Source: an uncultured Gammaproteobacteria bacterium
GTDB lineage: Bacteria; Patescibacteriota; Microgenomatia; UBA10105; UBA927
DNA: 64,000 nucleotides
NCBI GenBank assembly: GCA_964449585.1
Contig: CAYUZE010000003.1
Span: 4,021-68,020, forward strand
Reading direction: 5' to 3'
Shown piece by piece: positions 19,062 through 27,831 of the stretch (its first letter is position 1; each line of letters opens with the position of its first letter). The notes under the pieces were generated by a model, which was not told where the DNA came from, ran no database searches, and saw only the letters and a list, made by a program, of their open reading frames with translations. A program made the position numbers and the translations under genes.

Positions 19062-20902
19062 AAGAAAACGTCTTCGTCCATAAAGCCCCGATCGGCGGAC
19101 ATCGATACCCGCATATCCATGGCATGTTCCGGAATATCCGCGATGAACCGCGAAACGGTGTTTTGCGTCCGTTGTCCGAAAAATAATCTGCGATTGGCAA
19201 ACGTGAGATACAACTTTTCTTTTGCCCGCGTTATGCCGACATAACAAAGTCGCCGTTCTTCCTCGAGTTCATCTTTTTCCATGAGTGCCCTGCTGTGAGG
19301 AAAAATACCTTCTTCCATACCGACGATAGCGACAACGGGAAACTCTAATCCCTTCGCGGCGTGGAGGGTCATAAGAGTAACCGCCTGGCGATTTTTCCCC
19401 ATTTCTTTGACGGAACGGGGAATATACTCCTGTTCGACGAGCGCAACATTTTCGAGAAACTCCGTGATATTGGGAAACTCGGTGGCAACGGAACGGAGTT
19501 CTTTGATATTTTCCAAACGGGAAAATTCTTCTTCAACCTTGGCATCATAGAGATCAAGGTATCCGGTGGATGCAAGGGTGGCGTCAAGCAGTTCGATCGT
19601 CGTCGTCCCGGCAAGTTTTTTGGCGTCGGCAAAGCTCCCGGCGAATTCAAGAAATTTCTTTAATCTCCCTTTTCCGAGTTTTTCTACGCGGTTATACGAA
19701 ACGGTATCGTTCGGATTTGAAAGCAGGCGGAGATAGGAAAGAACGTCTTTAATTTCTTTCCGTTCATAAAATCGCGTTCCCCCGACAAGCGTATAGGGAA
19801 CACCGGCATGGAGAAACGCCTCTTCGAGCACACGGGATTGTGCATTGGTCCGATAGAGGATGGCGAAGTTTGAATACGGCTTTCCCGACCGAAGAATTGT
19901 CTGAATAAGATACGATGCCTCATCCTGCTCGTTTCTTGCCTCATAGAGGGTGATTTTTTCTCCCGATGTTTTATCCGTCCACAACTTGAGCACGGGGTGT
20001 GACGTGTTTTTTGCGATTACCCCGTGCGCGGCATTGAGGATAGTTTGCGTGGAACGGTAATTCTGTTCCAAGTGGAAAACTTTTACGTCAGGGTAATCCT
20101 TTTTGAAATTTGTTATGTTCCGAAAGTCTGCGCCCCGCCACCGATAGATTGACTGGGAAGCATCCCCGACGACGCAGATATTATGCCATCTTTGCGAGAG
20201 CATTTTCGTTAAGATGTACTGCGCTTTATTTGTGTCCTGGTATTCATCGACAAGCACATACCGGTACTTTTCCTGATATTTCCCCGCGACTTCCGGGAAT
20301 TTCTGAAAAAGCAACACGGTTTTTGCCAGCATATCGTCAAAATCAAGCGCCGAGCTGGTAAGGAGCAGTTTCTGATATCCCAAATAAACGCGAGCCACCG
20401 TTTCCTGAAAATTACCGCGGGCGTACGTGGGGTATTCAAGTGCGCCGATAAGCTCGTTTTTTGCCTGCGATATGGTGGAAAGCACCGCCCGAGGGTTATA
20501 GAGTTTTGTCGAGACGGCAAGCTGTTGCATGACTTCTTTTATCGCATCGATTTGATCCTGATCATCGTAGATAACAAACCCAGGCGGTACTCCGATATGA
20601 TGCCCATCGATGCGAAGAATTTTCGCACAGAGCGCATGAAACGTACCGGAAAACGGCAGTTCACTGTCCGGAAGAAGCCCCCGCAATCGTTCCTTCATCT
20701 CTTTGGCGGCTTTGTTGGTGAACGTCACCATCAGTAAGTTGTGCGGGGAAACATGCTTTTTGGCAATAAGGTACGCTACCCGCGAGGTGAGTACGCGGGT
20801 CTTTCCACTCCCTGCTCCGGCAAGGATAAGGACGGCACCTTCCGTATGCGTTACCGCGGCTTGTTGCGCCGCGTTTAAATCATTGAGGATGGCGTCGATC
20901 AT
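19058..20902 (-). CDS. ATP-dependent DNA helicase, PcrA/UvrD/Rep family
   Basis: LNAAQQAAV start, GAGSGKT Walker A and the full set of SF1 helicase motifs. Confidence 0.85.
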   Translation of the reverse strand: MIDAILNDLNAAQQAAVTHTEGAVLILAGAGSGKTRVLTSRVAYLIAKKHVSPHNLLMVTFTNKAAKEMKERLRGLLPDSELPFSGTFHALCAKILRIDGHHIGVPPGFVIYDDQDQIDAIKEVMQQLAVSTKLYNPRAVLSTISQAKNELIGALEYPTYARGNFQETVARVYLGYQKLLLTSSALDFDDMLAKTVLLFQKFPEVAGKYQEKYRYVLVDEYQDTNKAQYILTKMLSQRWHNICVVGDASQSIYRWRGADFRNITNFKKDYPDVKVFHLEQNYRSTQTILNAAHGVIAKNTSHPVLKLWTDKTSGEKITLYEARNEQDEASYLIQTILRSGKPYSNFAILYRTNAQSRVLEEAFLHAGVPYTLVGGTRFYERKEIKDVLSYLRLLSNPNDTVSYNRVEKLGKGRLKKFLEFAGSFADAKKLAGTTTIELLDATLASTGYLDLYDAKVEEEFSRLENIKELRSVATEFPNITEFLENVALVEQEYIPRSVKEMGKNRQAVTLMTLHAAKGLEFPVVAIVGMEEGIFPHSRALMEKDELEEERRLCYVGITRAKEKLYLTFANRRLFFGQRTQNTVSRFIADIPEHAMDMRVSMSADRGFMDEDVFF

Positions 20903-20912
20903 AGACTATAAT
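20883..20912 (+). promoter_or_regulatory. sigma70-like promoter TTGAGG-18-TATAAT for leaderless tpiA
   Basis: The -10 TATAAT sits at 20907-20912 and the tpiA ATG at 20921, with no Shine-Dalgarno sequence. The promoter overlaps the divergent helicase start. Confidence 0.4.
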
Positions 20913-20920
20913 AGTAGCAT

Positions 20921-21601
20921 ATGAAAAAGCTTTTCATTTTGGGTAATTGGAAGTCAAATAAAACGCTTTCTGAAGCAAAATCATGGCTTAACGAAGTCGA
21001 TGCCGCATTCCCCGTCCTTCCGGAGCATGTTACCGTCATTGTTTGTCCGAATTTCCTGGCGCTTTCTCTTTTTGCCGAAAAAACGCATGGTTTCTCGGTG
21101 GGGACACAAGATATCTCGCCGTTTGAAACCGGTGCCTATACGGGGGCAGTCGCCGCCTCGATGGTAAAGGATATTGTACATCATGCCATGATCGGACATT
21201 CGGAACGACGAAAATATTTCGGCGAAACGGATGATGTTGTTGCGGAAAAGACAAAGCGGGCAATTGCCGCAGGGATTACCCCGGTTGTTTGCGTGTCCGC
21301 CGTCGATCAGGTCAACGCCCTTTCTAAAGCGGCGCCGGAGTTTGACGGGAAAGGAATGTTTTTGTACGAACCGTTGTTTGCCATTGGATCGGGAACATCG
21401 GATACACCGGAAAATGCCGATAGTACGGCAAGAGAAATCGCCACCGTCTTTCCTAATGTTCCGATCTTATATGGCGGCAGTGTTACCGCACAAAACGTCA
21501 AAGGATTTATGAACGCAACGCATTTGTCGGGAGTGGGAGCCGGCGGAGCGAGTCTTGCTCCCGAAACCTTTCTTTCGCTTATTGCATCGGTTATCGTCTG
21601 A
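20921..21601 (+). CDS. tpiA: triosephosphate isomerase
   Basis: GNWKSN, IGHSERR and YEPLFAIGSG active-site motifs. Confidence 0.85.
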   Translation: MKKLFILGNWKSNKTLSEAKSWLNEVDAAFPVLPEHVTVIVCPNFLALSLFAEKTHGFSVGTQDISPFETGAYTGAVAASMVKDIVHHAMIGHSERRKYFGETDDVVAEKTKRAIAAGITPVVCVSAVDQVNALSKAAPEFDGKGMFLYEPLFAIGSGTSDTPENADSTAREIATVFPNVPILYGGSVTAQNVKGFMNATHLSGVGAGGASLAPETFLSLIASVIV

Positions 21602-21615
21602 CCTATACGTCATCT

Positions 21616-22644
21616 ATGGAATCACGGATACGGCGCCTCTACGCGTCTAAAATTAAAATCGGCGTTTTTCTTGCCCTCTTTGCCGTACTTTTTTTCCTTG
21701 CCGTAAAGGTTGTGTATTTTTCCCGGGGGTTCATGACCACGACGGGTATCACGCCCACGACACTTATGCGGTTGGTATTTGATTCGGGTGCCGATCTGCA
21801 TCCGATTGACGGAAGAGTGAATATTTTACTCCTTGGCATTCCCGGGGGGACCCATGACGGTACGGACCTTACGGATACGATTCTCGTGCTTTCATTCCAC
21901 CAGAAAAATCAATCGCTTGCGATGATTTCGGTACCGCGGGATATATGGTCCGATACCTTGAAGGACAAAGTGAACAGCGCCTATCATTACGGGGAGCAAA
22001 AGAAAAAAGGCGGCGGGTTGGTGCTTGCCAAAGCAATCATATCCGATGTGGTGGGACTGCCGCTCCAGTACGCCTTGGTACTGGATTTTTCCGGGTTTAA
22101 GAAAATTATCGATCTTGTTGGAGGGGTGGAAATCAACGTAGAGAAAAGTTTTACCGATAACGAATACCCGGTTCCGGGGAAGGAAAATGACGAATGTAAC
22201 GGTGACCCGCTCTATGCGTGCCGCTATGAGTCGCTCCATTTTGAGGCGGGTGCCCAGGTGATGGACGGGGACCGCGCATTAAAATACGTGCGAAGCAGGC
22301 ATGCCGAGGGCAACGAAGGAAGCGATTTTGCCCGAGGCCGCCGGCAACAGGAGATGTTGCTTGCCCTTAAAACAAAACTATTATCAAAAGATATCTACCT
22401 GCACCCGCAGGAGATCGAAAAACTTTATGCGGCATTCGACGAAGCCACGGATATGGATGCAAATATCGGGGAGCTGATGACGATAGGGAAGATGTTTATC
22501 CAGACGACGAAGGAAAACACCAAACGTATATCGCTTGAAGATCATCTCTATACACCTCCCAGTAGCTGGTACGGGCGCTATGTTCTCCTGCCAAAGGAGA
22601 GTTTTGACGCCATCCATGCCTATATCAAGTCTTCATTGCCGTAG
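21616..22644 (+). CDS. LytR-CpsA-Psr (LCP) family cell-wall polymer transferase
   Basis: N-terminal TM followed by NILLLGIPGG...DTILVLSF...ISVPRDIWSD, which matches the LCP signature. Confidence 0.75.
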   Translation: MESRIRRLYASKIKIGVFLALFAVLFFLAVKVVYFSRGFMTTTGITPTTLMRLVFDSGADLHPIDGRVNILLLGIPGGTHDGTDLTDTILVLSFHQKNQSLAMISVPRDIWSDTLKDKVNSAYHYGEQKKKGGGLVLAKAIISDVVGLPLQYALVLDFSGFKKIIDLVGGVEINVEKSFTDNEYPVPGKENDECNGDPLYACRYESLHFEAGAQVMDGDRALKYVRSRHAEGNEGSDFARGRRQQEMLLALKTKLLSKDIYLHPQEIEKLYAAFDEATDMDANIGELMTIGKMFIQTTKENTKRISLEDHLYTPPSSWYGRYVLLPKESFDAIHAYIKSSLP

Positions 22645-22816
22645 TGCGTAACGCATAACCTGCAGATCGTGTACGTTTAGGAATGCTGCATGGAATTTAC
22701 ATCAATCGCAGTTCAATGCCCAATCCTAACCCTCCTCATCCTCCATGTCTTAGGCTCGATACGAGGGCACCATAGAGCCGCGTACGAGGGGAGAGAACGG
22801 TGCGTGTTCCCCGGGA

Positions 22817-23545
22817 TTAGAAGACTAATCCAAGAAGGAGGAGCAGCACGCCGCCTGCGACCACGCTTGCTCCGAGGACGGACGGCACCCCGGCAACCGG
22901 AATCTTCGGTGTCGGAATAGGCGTCGGTGTCGCGGTAGTGCCCGGAGGCGGTGTCGGCCCGGTTGCGACGCGGCAGTTATCCGAAGCGATCCATACATTG
23001 TTATTGTCTTTCACGCGGCAGGAGAAGCTATACGCGCCGCCGGTGGTTACCGTATAGGTTGTTGAGAGAGAGCCCGGTGATCCGACGTTTTGTTCGACGA
23101 GTTTGGTTGATCCGTCCGGCATGGTAAATTCCGCCGCGATGATGTCTCCGTCATCATCCCGTCCCACACAGGTTAACGTGACAGTGTACGGCACCGTTCC
23201 CGTCGCTGGTTCAACCGTAAGGTCAACGCACACGGGATTGGTGTTGTTGGCAACCGGTGTCGGTGTCGGCGTTGAGGTCGGACCCGGTGTTGCGGTGGGT
23301 GTCGGTGTTGAGGTCGGACCCGGTGTTCCGGTCGGTGTCACGGTCGGTGTCGGCGTGTTATCGGCGCCGATTGAGAAAATCAATTTACAATTGATATCAG
23401 ATGCCTTCGGTGTTACCTGCGGAACCGTCGGGGCAACGGGTGATTGCTGTTCCAGCTTTGTGCTGGTTAAATACGCGACAACACCGATACCGACGGTAAT
23501 TATCGTAACCAGCATCATGTACCAATATTTCTTTAAGAAATTCAT
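22817..23545 (-). CDS. surface protein with N-terminal signal-anchor, Pro/Thr linker and PKD-like domain; C-terminal IPVAG plus hydrophobic tail
   Basis: MNFLKKYW TM, TPTPT repeats and a PKD-like core (TVTLTC...DDGDIIAAEF...TTYTVTTGGAYSFSCRVKDNNN). Paralogous to the gene at 55608-56405. Confidence 0.5.
   Translation of the reverse strand: MNFLKKYWYMMLVTIITVGIGVVAYLTSTKLEQQSPVAPTVPQVTPKASDINCKLIFSIGADNTPTPTVTPTGTPGPTSTPTPTATPGPTSTPTPTPVANNTNPVCVDLTVEPATGTVPYTVTLTCVGRDDDGDIIAAEFTMPDGSTKLVEQNVGSPGSLSTTYTVTTGGAYSFSCRVKDNNNVWIASDNCRVATGPTPPPGTTATPTPIPTPKIPVAGVPSVLGASVVAGGVLLLLLGLVF
23255..23350. repeat. tandem ~39-nt repeat encoding Pro/Thr linker
   Basis: GGTGTCGGCGTTGAGGTCGGACCCGGTGTTGCGGTGGGT is repeated twice, in-frame on the minus strand, encoding TPTPTATPGPTSTPTP. 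Confidence 0.6.
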
Positions 23546-23546
23546 A

Positions 23547-24569
23547 TTAGCGCCACGCTCCGTTCGTAAATACTTCTCCCTCGATGACAAAATCGGTTAC
23601 CCCATCGGCGATCGTATAGTTTAAGGTAAATTCATTGCTGGCGTTCTTTGTCGTGGTTTCCGTCCATGCGCCGCCGTTCACCCGGAAGTGTGCCTTGGTG
23701 GGGGCAAGATTGCCCTTGACGGCAAGTACTACTTCATCGCCCGCGCGAAGCGTCGTAAGGTTCGTTACCTGGGTACCGTCCTTATAGATTTTGATGTTCT
23801 GACATACCGGTGCGGTTCCGGTCGTGGGTGTCGGCGTCGGATTGGTCGTATCATCATCATCACCGTTGTCATCATCACCGGTATCATCTCCAGCAAGAAT
23901 ACACCCCGCGCCGCCGTCCCAACATACGTAGCCGGGATAACAACACGTCATTGCACCGCCATTCATATTTTCACAATATGCTCTTCCTTGCCGTTCGCAC
24001 GAGGCTTTTTTGTCGTCTTCAGGCATGCATTGCTTTTCAGTGCACATTTCACCATCCATACAATCACACACATATCCCTCCGGACACGTACCTTGCGGAT
24101 TATCATCGGTCGCTCCGCTGCAGTTAGAATATCCCGTTCCCCATGCCCTGCTTCGCACGTCCGCAATCTGCTGGTTTTTAAGCGAAATAAAATACACACT
24201 CGCCGGAAGCACCAACACAAGCAATGCAATAAGCGCGATAAGCGGCCCTTTGGAGGTTTTCTTGGGAAGGGACGAATGATGGTGCGACTTATCCTGCACG
24301 GGCGGAACGATCATCGAATCACTTGGTTTTGTTTCGAGAATGCTTTCTACTAACTCGTCGGGATTGGGCGCTGACGAAGCAGGCGGAGTCGCCACCGCAG
24401 CGGGAGCAGGCGGTGTGACAACGGAAGAAGGATTCGGTACAGGATCGAGTGTCGGAACGGATGCGACACCAGACTCGGGAGCAGCGGGCGGGGGAACCAC
24501 GGGAACGGGTTCCGGTTCCGGTGGGAGGGAATCTGTCGTCGATGGTGGTTTCAAAACATCATCAGCCAT
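23547..24569 (-). CDS. Pro-rich/Cys-rich membrane protein (hypothetical)
   Basis: Pro-rich N-terminus of about 100 aa, a single TM, a 14-Cys module (CPEGYVCDCMDGEMC...CCYPGYVC), a poly-Asp stretch, a PT linker and a beta-rich C-terminal domain. Confidence 0.4.
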   Translation of the reverse strand: MADDVLKPPSTTDSLPPEPEPVPVVPPPAAPESGVASVPTLDPVPNPSSVVTPPAPAAVATPPASSAPNPDELVESILETKPSDSMIVPPVQDKSHHHSSLPKKTSKGPLIALIALLVLVLPASVYFISLKNQQIADVRSRAWGTGYSNCSGATDDNPQGTCPEGYVCDCMDGEMCTEKQCMPEDDKKASCERQGRAYCENMNGGAMTCCYPGYVCWDGGAGCILAGDDTGDDDNGDDDDTTNPTPTPTTGTAPVCQNIKIYKDGTQVTNLTTLRAGDEVVLAVKGNLAPTKAHFRVNGGAWTETTTKNASNEFTLNYTIADGVTDFVIEGEVFTNGAWR

Positions 24570-24635
24570 ACGAATAAATCCGCGTATATAAAACTAGCTT
24601 AGTGCACAGATAACATACGAGTCAAGCGGTGATCC

Positions 24636-25934
24636 TTACCACCGTCGCAGCGCAACCGCACCGCTGCCTAAAAGCCCTATACCGAGAATAAGTAACGTGA
24701 TAAGCGGCAACGGGAATCCCGTTTCCGGTATCGGTTCGCCGGCAAGCGTTGCGGTTGGCGTCGGTTCTTCGGTAACGGTGGGTTCCGGCGTCAGGGTCGC
24801 CGAGGGGGTCGCGTCTCCCAAAACCTGCGTGCCGCTTTTAAGTACTTCAAAAGTATGGGTAATGGCGACGGTTTTGTTTTGCGCGTTTTTTGTCGTGATG
24901 GTCACGCTTTGCTTGCCGGGCGCAAGCGGTTTCATAGGCGTATAGCGCCATACGCCGTCGTTACCCACGATAACCATATCACTCATCGGTCTCTCTATAC
25001 CGATCGTGAGAAGAATCTGATTACCTCCAACCCCGGTTCCCTGAATCAGCGGAAGATTTGAAGGGATAGCACTACCGTCCACAGGTTTGGTGATCGCAAC
25101 CGCCTGTTTTGCAACTTGAGTTGTTTCGCCGAGTACCGCCGGTTGTGTGGTGGGTGCGACGGCAAGCGGAGCCTGCTCATTCTTTTCCGCCTGAATCTTC
25201 CGGAAATCATAGGTTTTTCCGATCGTCATGCTGGGCACGGGGTTGTCGTTTAACGTATCGGTCAGTGCGGTCGCCTCACCCTCGGCGTTTCGTATGACGA
25301 TGGATTCGTTGATGCGTTCGGCGACGGGAATGTATCGGTCAAGTGCCGTTGTCCGTGCAAGATTAAGCGGGATCACCCATGTTCCCGTTGTTTTTGAGAA
25401 CGTCGAGAGCGTCTGTCCGTTTTCGAGCGTCAGATACACCAATGCACCGTCAAGCGGCAGACCGTTGGTCGCCGTGATTTGTCCGTATGCGGGCTCAATG
25501 CCTGTTCCAAGACCGGAAATGGTCGGAGCGGTTGTTGCTTCATAGGCTGTCCCGTTGTTGGAATGAGAAACGTTATTGGAAACGATGACAAATTTATAGG
25601 TCGTGTTCGGTTTGAGATTTCTTACCGTAACGGAATGTGTGGTATATGCGGCGGTCGCCTGTTTGGTATTTGGGGCAGTGTACCGTTCATCGAAGAAAAA
25701 ACTGTCGGGGGAAACACCATCTAACCGCACCGACCCGCTGACCGCTTCATCGGTAGTCCAGGTTACCGTAAATGAGGTATCACTGATGTTAGTTACCGTG
25801 ACGTTTTTGGGAGCATGGGTCGAAACCGCCTTGGTAAATAGCGGCGTGACCCGGTCGAAGGCAAAACGAAAAACCATGACCGCAACAACAACCAAGAATA
25901 AGCCGACGATGGTAGGAATTTTTTTCTGGTGCAT
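24636..25934 (-). CDS. fibronectin type III domain surface protein with C-terminal IPETG sortase-type sorting signal
   Basis: N-terminal TM and an FN3 motif (PKNVTVTNISDTSFTVTWTT). The C-terminus is EPIPETG, then 21 hydrophobic residues, then RRW. Confidence 0.55.
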   Translation of the reverse strand: MHQKKIPTIVGLFLVVVAVMVFRFAFDRVTPLFTKAVSTHAPKNVTVTNISDTSFTVTWTTDEAVSGSVRLDGVSPDSFFFDERYTAPNTKQATAAYTTHSVTVRNLKPNTTYKFVIVSNNVSHSNNGTAYEATTAPTISGLGTGIEPAYGQITATNGLPLDGALVYLTLENGQTLSTFSKTTGTWVIPLNLARTTALDRYIPVAERINESIVIRNAEGEATALTDTLNDNPVPSMTIGKTYDFRKIQAEKNEQAPLAVAPTTQPAVLGETTQVAKQAVAITKPVDGSAIPSNLPLIQGTGVGGNQILLTIGIERPMSDMVIVGNDGVWRYTPMKPLAPGKQSVTITTKNAQNKTVAITHTFEVLKSGTQVLGDATPSATLTPEPTVTEEPTPTATLAGEPIPETGFPLPLITLLILGIGLLGSGAVALRRW

Positions 25935-25940
25935 ACGGTT

Positions 25941-26138
25941 TTAGTCCATGGTGCTCCGTGCCTCTAATTCTTCCAGTATACTCACATCAATTTTACTTGA
26001 TAAGGGGCTTACGACCTGTTGTACCGGGCGGGCGATCGTTGAGGTTTTGGTGGTTTTTACCAGTTCGAAAAATACCCACAAGAAAATAGTGAGCATGGTA
26101 AAAATAGAAACCAATAATAAATCACGTTCCTCGTCCAT
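25941..26138 (-). CDS. small membrane protein (hypothetical)
   Basis: 65 aa with a single TM, lying between the pilO-like gene and the FN3 gene. Confidence 0.3.
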   Translation of the reverse strand: MDEERDLLLVSIFTMLTIFLWVFFELVKTTKTSTIARPVQQVVSPLSSKIDVSILEELEARSTMD

Positions 26139-26140
26139 AG

Positions 26141-26794
26141 TTATTCGGTTGAATAATAGGAAGTAAGTTTTAACGATAATTGTAACTCATCAAGTAACAC
26201 TAACTTCGAAAGTCCCAACTTGAGGGAAATCGTATCAACGGAAGCGATACGTCGCATTTTGAGTAACCCGTCCATAAATGACTTAAGGGAGGCGTATGGC
26301 CCCGTAAGTATTACACTTACCGGAAAGTCCTCGAGAGGTTTTGTTTGGGCAAGTTTTGCCCCCGGCGTTGCTTCCCGGCCTAAGACGGGAAGGCTCGGAA
26401 TTTGGATGGCTGAGATAGAGGCGCCGGAATACGCCGCCAGATTACTGAGTTGACGCGCAAGAATGATGGCGTCGGGATTATTAGGAAGCGCCTGTCGAAT
26501 AACGGGTAACCGGTCTTCAATTTCCTGAAACGTTGCCTGCGCTTCGATAAGCGCGGTGATTTTGTTCTCCATTTGTTCATTTAACGCCGTCTTGTCGGCA
26601 ATTTCCCTGCGCAAATGAATGATTGTCTGCGCGGTCGGTCGTATGGCATACCAGGCAAACAGTGAAATAGCCAAAAACGAAAATACCGCGGTTGTCGATG
26701 CCCGCATCTTTGGCTTTTTCATCATCGGCTGCAGTTTTTGGTAATAGCGATGAAACTGCTCTTGGGAAATAGTGTTGGTTGTCGGTAATGCCAT
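26141..26794 (-). CDS. type IV pilus assembly protein PilO-like
   Basis: Short N-terminus, TM and coiled coil. The C-terminal VSVILTGPYASLKSFMDGLLKMRRIASVDTISLK matches the PilO pattern. Confidence 0.45.
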   Translation of the reverse strand: MALPTTNTISQEQFHRYYQKLQPMMKKPKMRASTTAVFSFLAISLFAWYAIRPTAQTIIHLRREIADKTALNEQMENKITALIEAQATFQEIEDRLPVIRQALPNNPDAIILARQLSNLAAYSGASISAIQIPSLPVLGREATPGAKLAQTKPLEDFPVSVILTGPYASLKSFMDGLLKMRRIASVDTISLKLGLSKLVLLDELQLSLKLTSYYSTE

Positions 26795-26797
26795 AGG

Positions 26798-27361
26798 TTA
26801 TTTTGCCGCAGGAGTCGGAGATCCGATATCTGCACTGAGCTGAAAGTTAATGCCCGTTCCCGGTTTTCGTTGGATGTCGCCCAGGATAACATTTTGTATA
26901 AGCTTAGTGGACTGAAGGTTGGAGAGAAATTGTGCAAACCCCTGCGTCGTTCCGGCGGTTGCGGCAATCGTCATTTTTGTTTTGTTGATTTCAAGGGAGG
27001 TGAAATACACGTCCGCAGGCAACATTGTCTCAAGGATGTTGATGATCTCGACGGGTTTTCCCTGTTCGCTCATCAGTTTTTTGGCCGTTGTGAGATTCGC
27101 CTGGAGTGATTTTATCTCCTTTTCAAACTCAAGATTTGCCTGGATGATCGCCTGTTTTTGTGTGAGTTCTTCCGTAAGATCGGTATTTTTCCGATCAAGG
27201 CTGAAACGGGAGATAAACGCCAACAGAACCACGATTTCTGTGGTGATCATGATGTACCGCCCGTAGGTGGTTGCCCAGGAAATTAACCGACCCCATGGTG
27301 TATGTTCAAGATCCTGAGAGCCTAGTAAATTTATCTGTATCGGTTTGGCAGGCATACACAA
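26798..27361 (-). CDS. type IV pilus assembly protein PilN-like
   Basis: N-terminal IQINLLG (the PilM-binding INLLP-type motif), TM, coiled coil and a C-terminal ferredoxin-like region typical of PilN. Confidence 0.55.
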   Translation of the reverse strand: MCMPAKPIQINLLGSQDLEHTPWGRLISWATTYGRYIMITTEIVVLLAFISRFSLDRKNTDLTEELTQKQAIIQANLEFEKEIKSLQANLTTAKKLMSEQGKPVEIINILETMLPADVYFTSLEINKTKMTIAATAGTTQGFAQFLSNLQSTKLIQNVILGDIQRKPGTGINFQLSADIGSPTPAAK

Positions 27362-27550
27362 TCAAGTATAGCAAGGGGGATGGCGAAATGAAACGGGGGC
27401 GACCGGTATTTTTGCGAATATTATAAAGGAACATCGGTCAGCTAATGCGTGAAGAAAAGCAAGGAATTCCTCGGTTATGTGCCCCGTGCCACAATGACAT
27501 TACCCGGGAATAAAATAGATACAGAAAAATGAAGAAAGGATTCGTGTCCG

Positions 27551-27787
27551 TTACTTCTTGAGAAGCTTAGCAAGACGCGCCTTTGTTCGGGCGGCCGTGT
27601 TTTTATGGATGATGTTGCGCTTTGCGGCTTTGTCGAGCGCTGCAAATACCAGGGAAACACTTTTTTCCGTCGGCGCCTTTCGCGCTTTTTTGACTAATCC
27701 CTTGAGTACTGCCCGACGACCGGCGTTTTCTTTGGTTCGGACGCGGTCATGTCGCAGTTTTTTGATTGCTCGCTTTGTTATCGGCAT
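27551..27787 (-). CDS. rpsT: 30S ribosomal protein S20
   Basis: MPITKRAIKKLRHDRVRTKEN...ARLAKLLKK. Confidence 0.9.
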   Translation of the reverse strand: MPITKRAIKKLRHDRVRTKENAGRRAVLKGLVKKARKAPTEKSVSLVFAALDKAAKRNIIHKNTAARTKARLAKLLKK

Positions 27788-27831
27788 GTGGGGAAGTATA
27801 GCTTACTTGGCACTATCGGGTCAAGTTCTTC

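Noticed and set aside
23103-23624. 173-aa plus-strand ORF with GVGV repeats.
   Set aside because: It is the antisense reading of the Pro/Thr linker repeat of the minus-strand PKD-like gene.
23688-24353. Plus-strand ORFs within the Cys-rich protein locus (221 aa and 105 aa).
   Set aside because: They are antisense to a well-supported minus-strand gene and have an Arg/His-rich biased composition.
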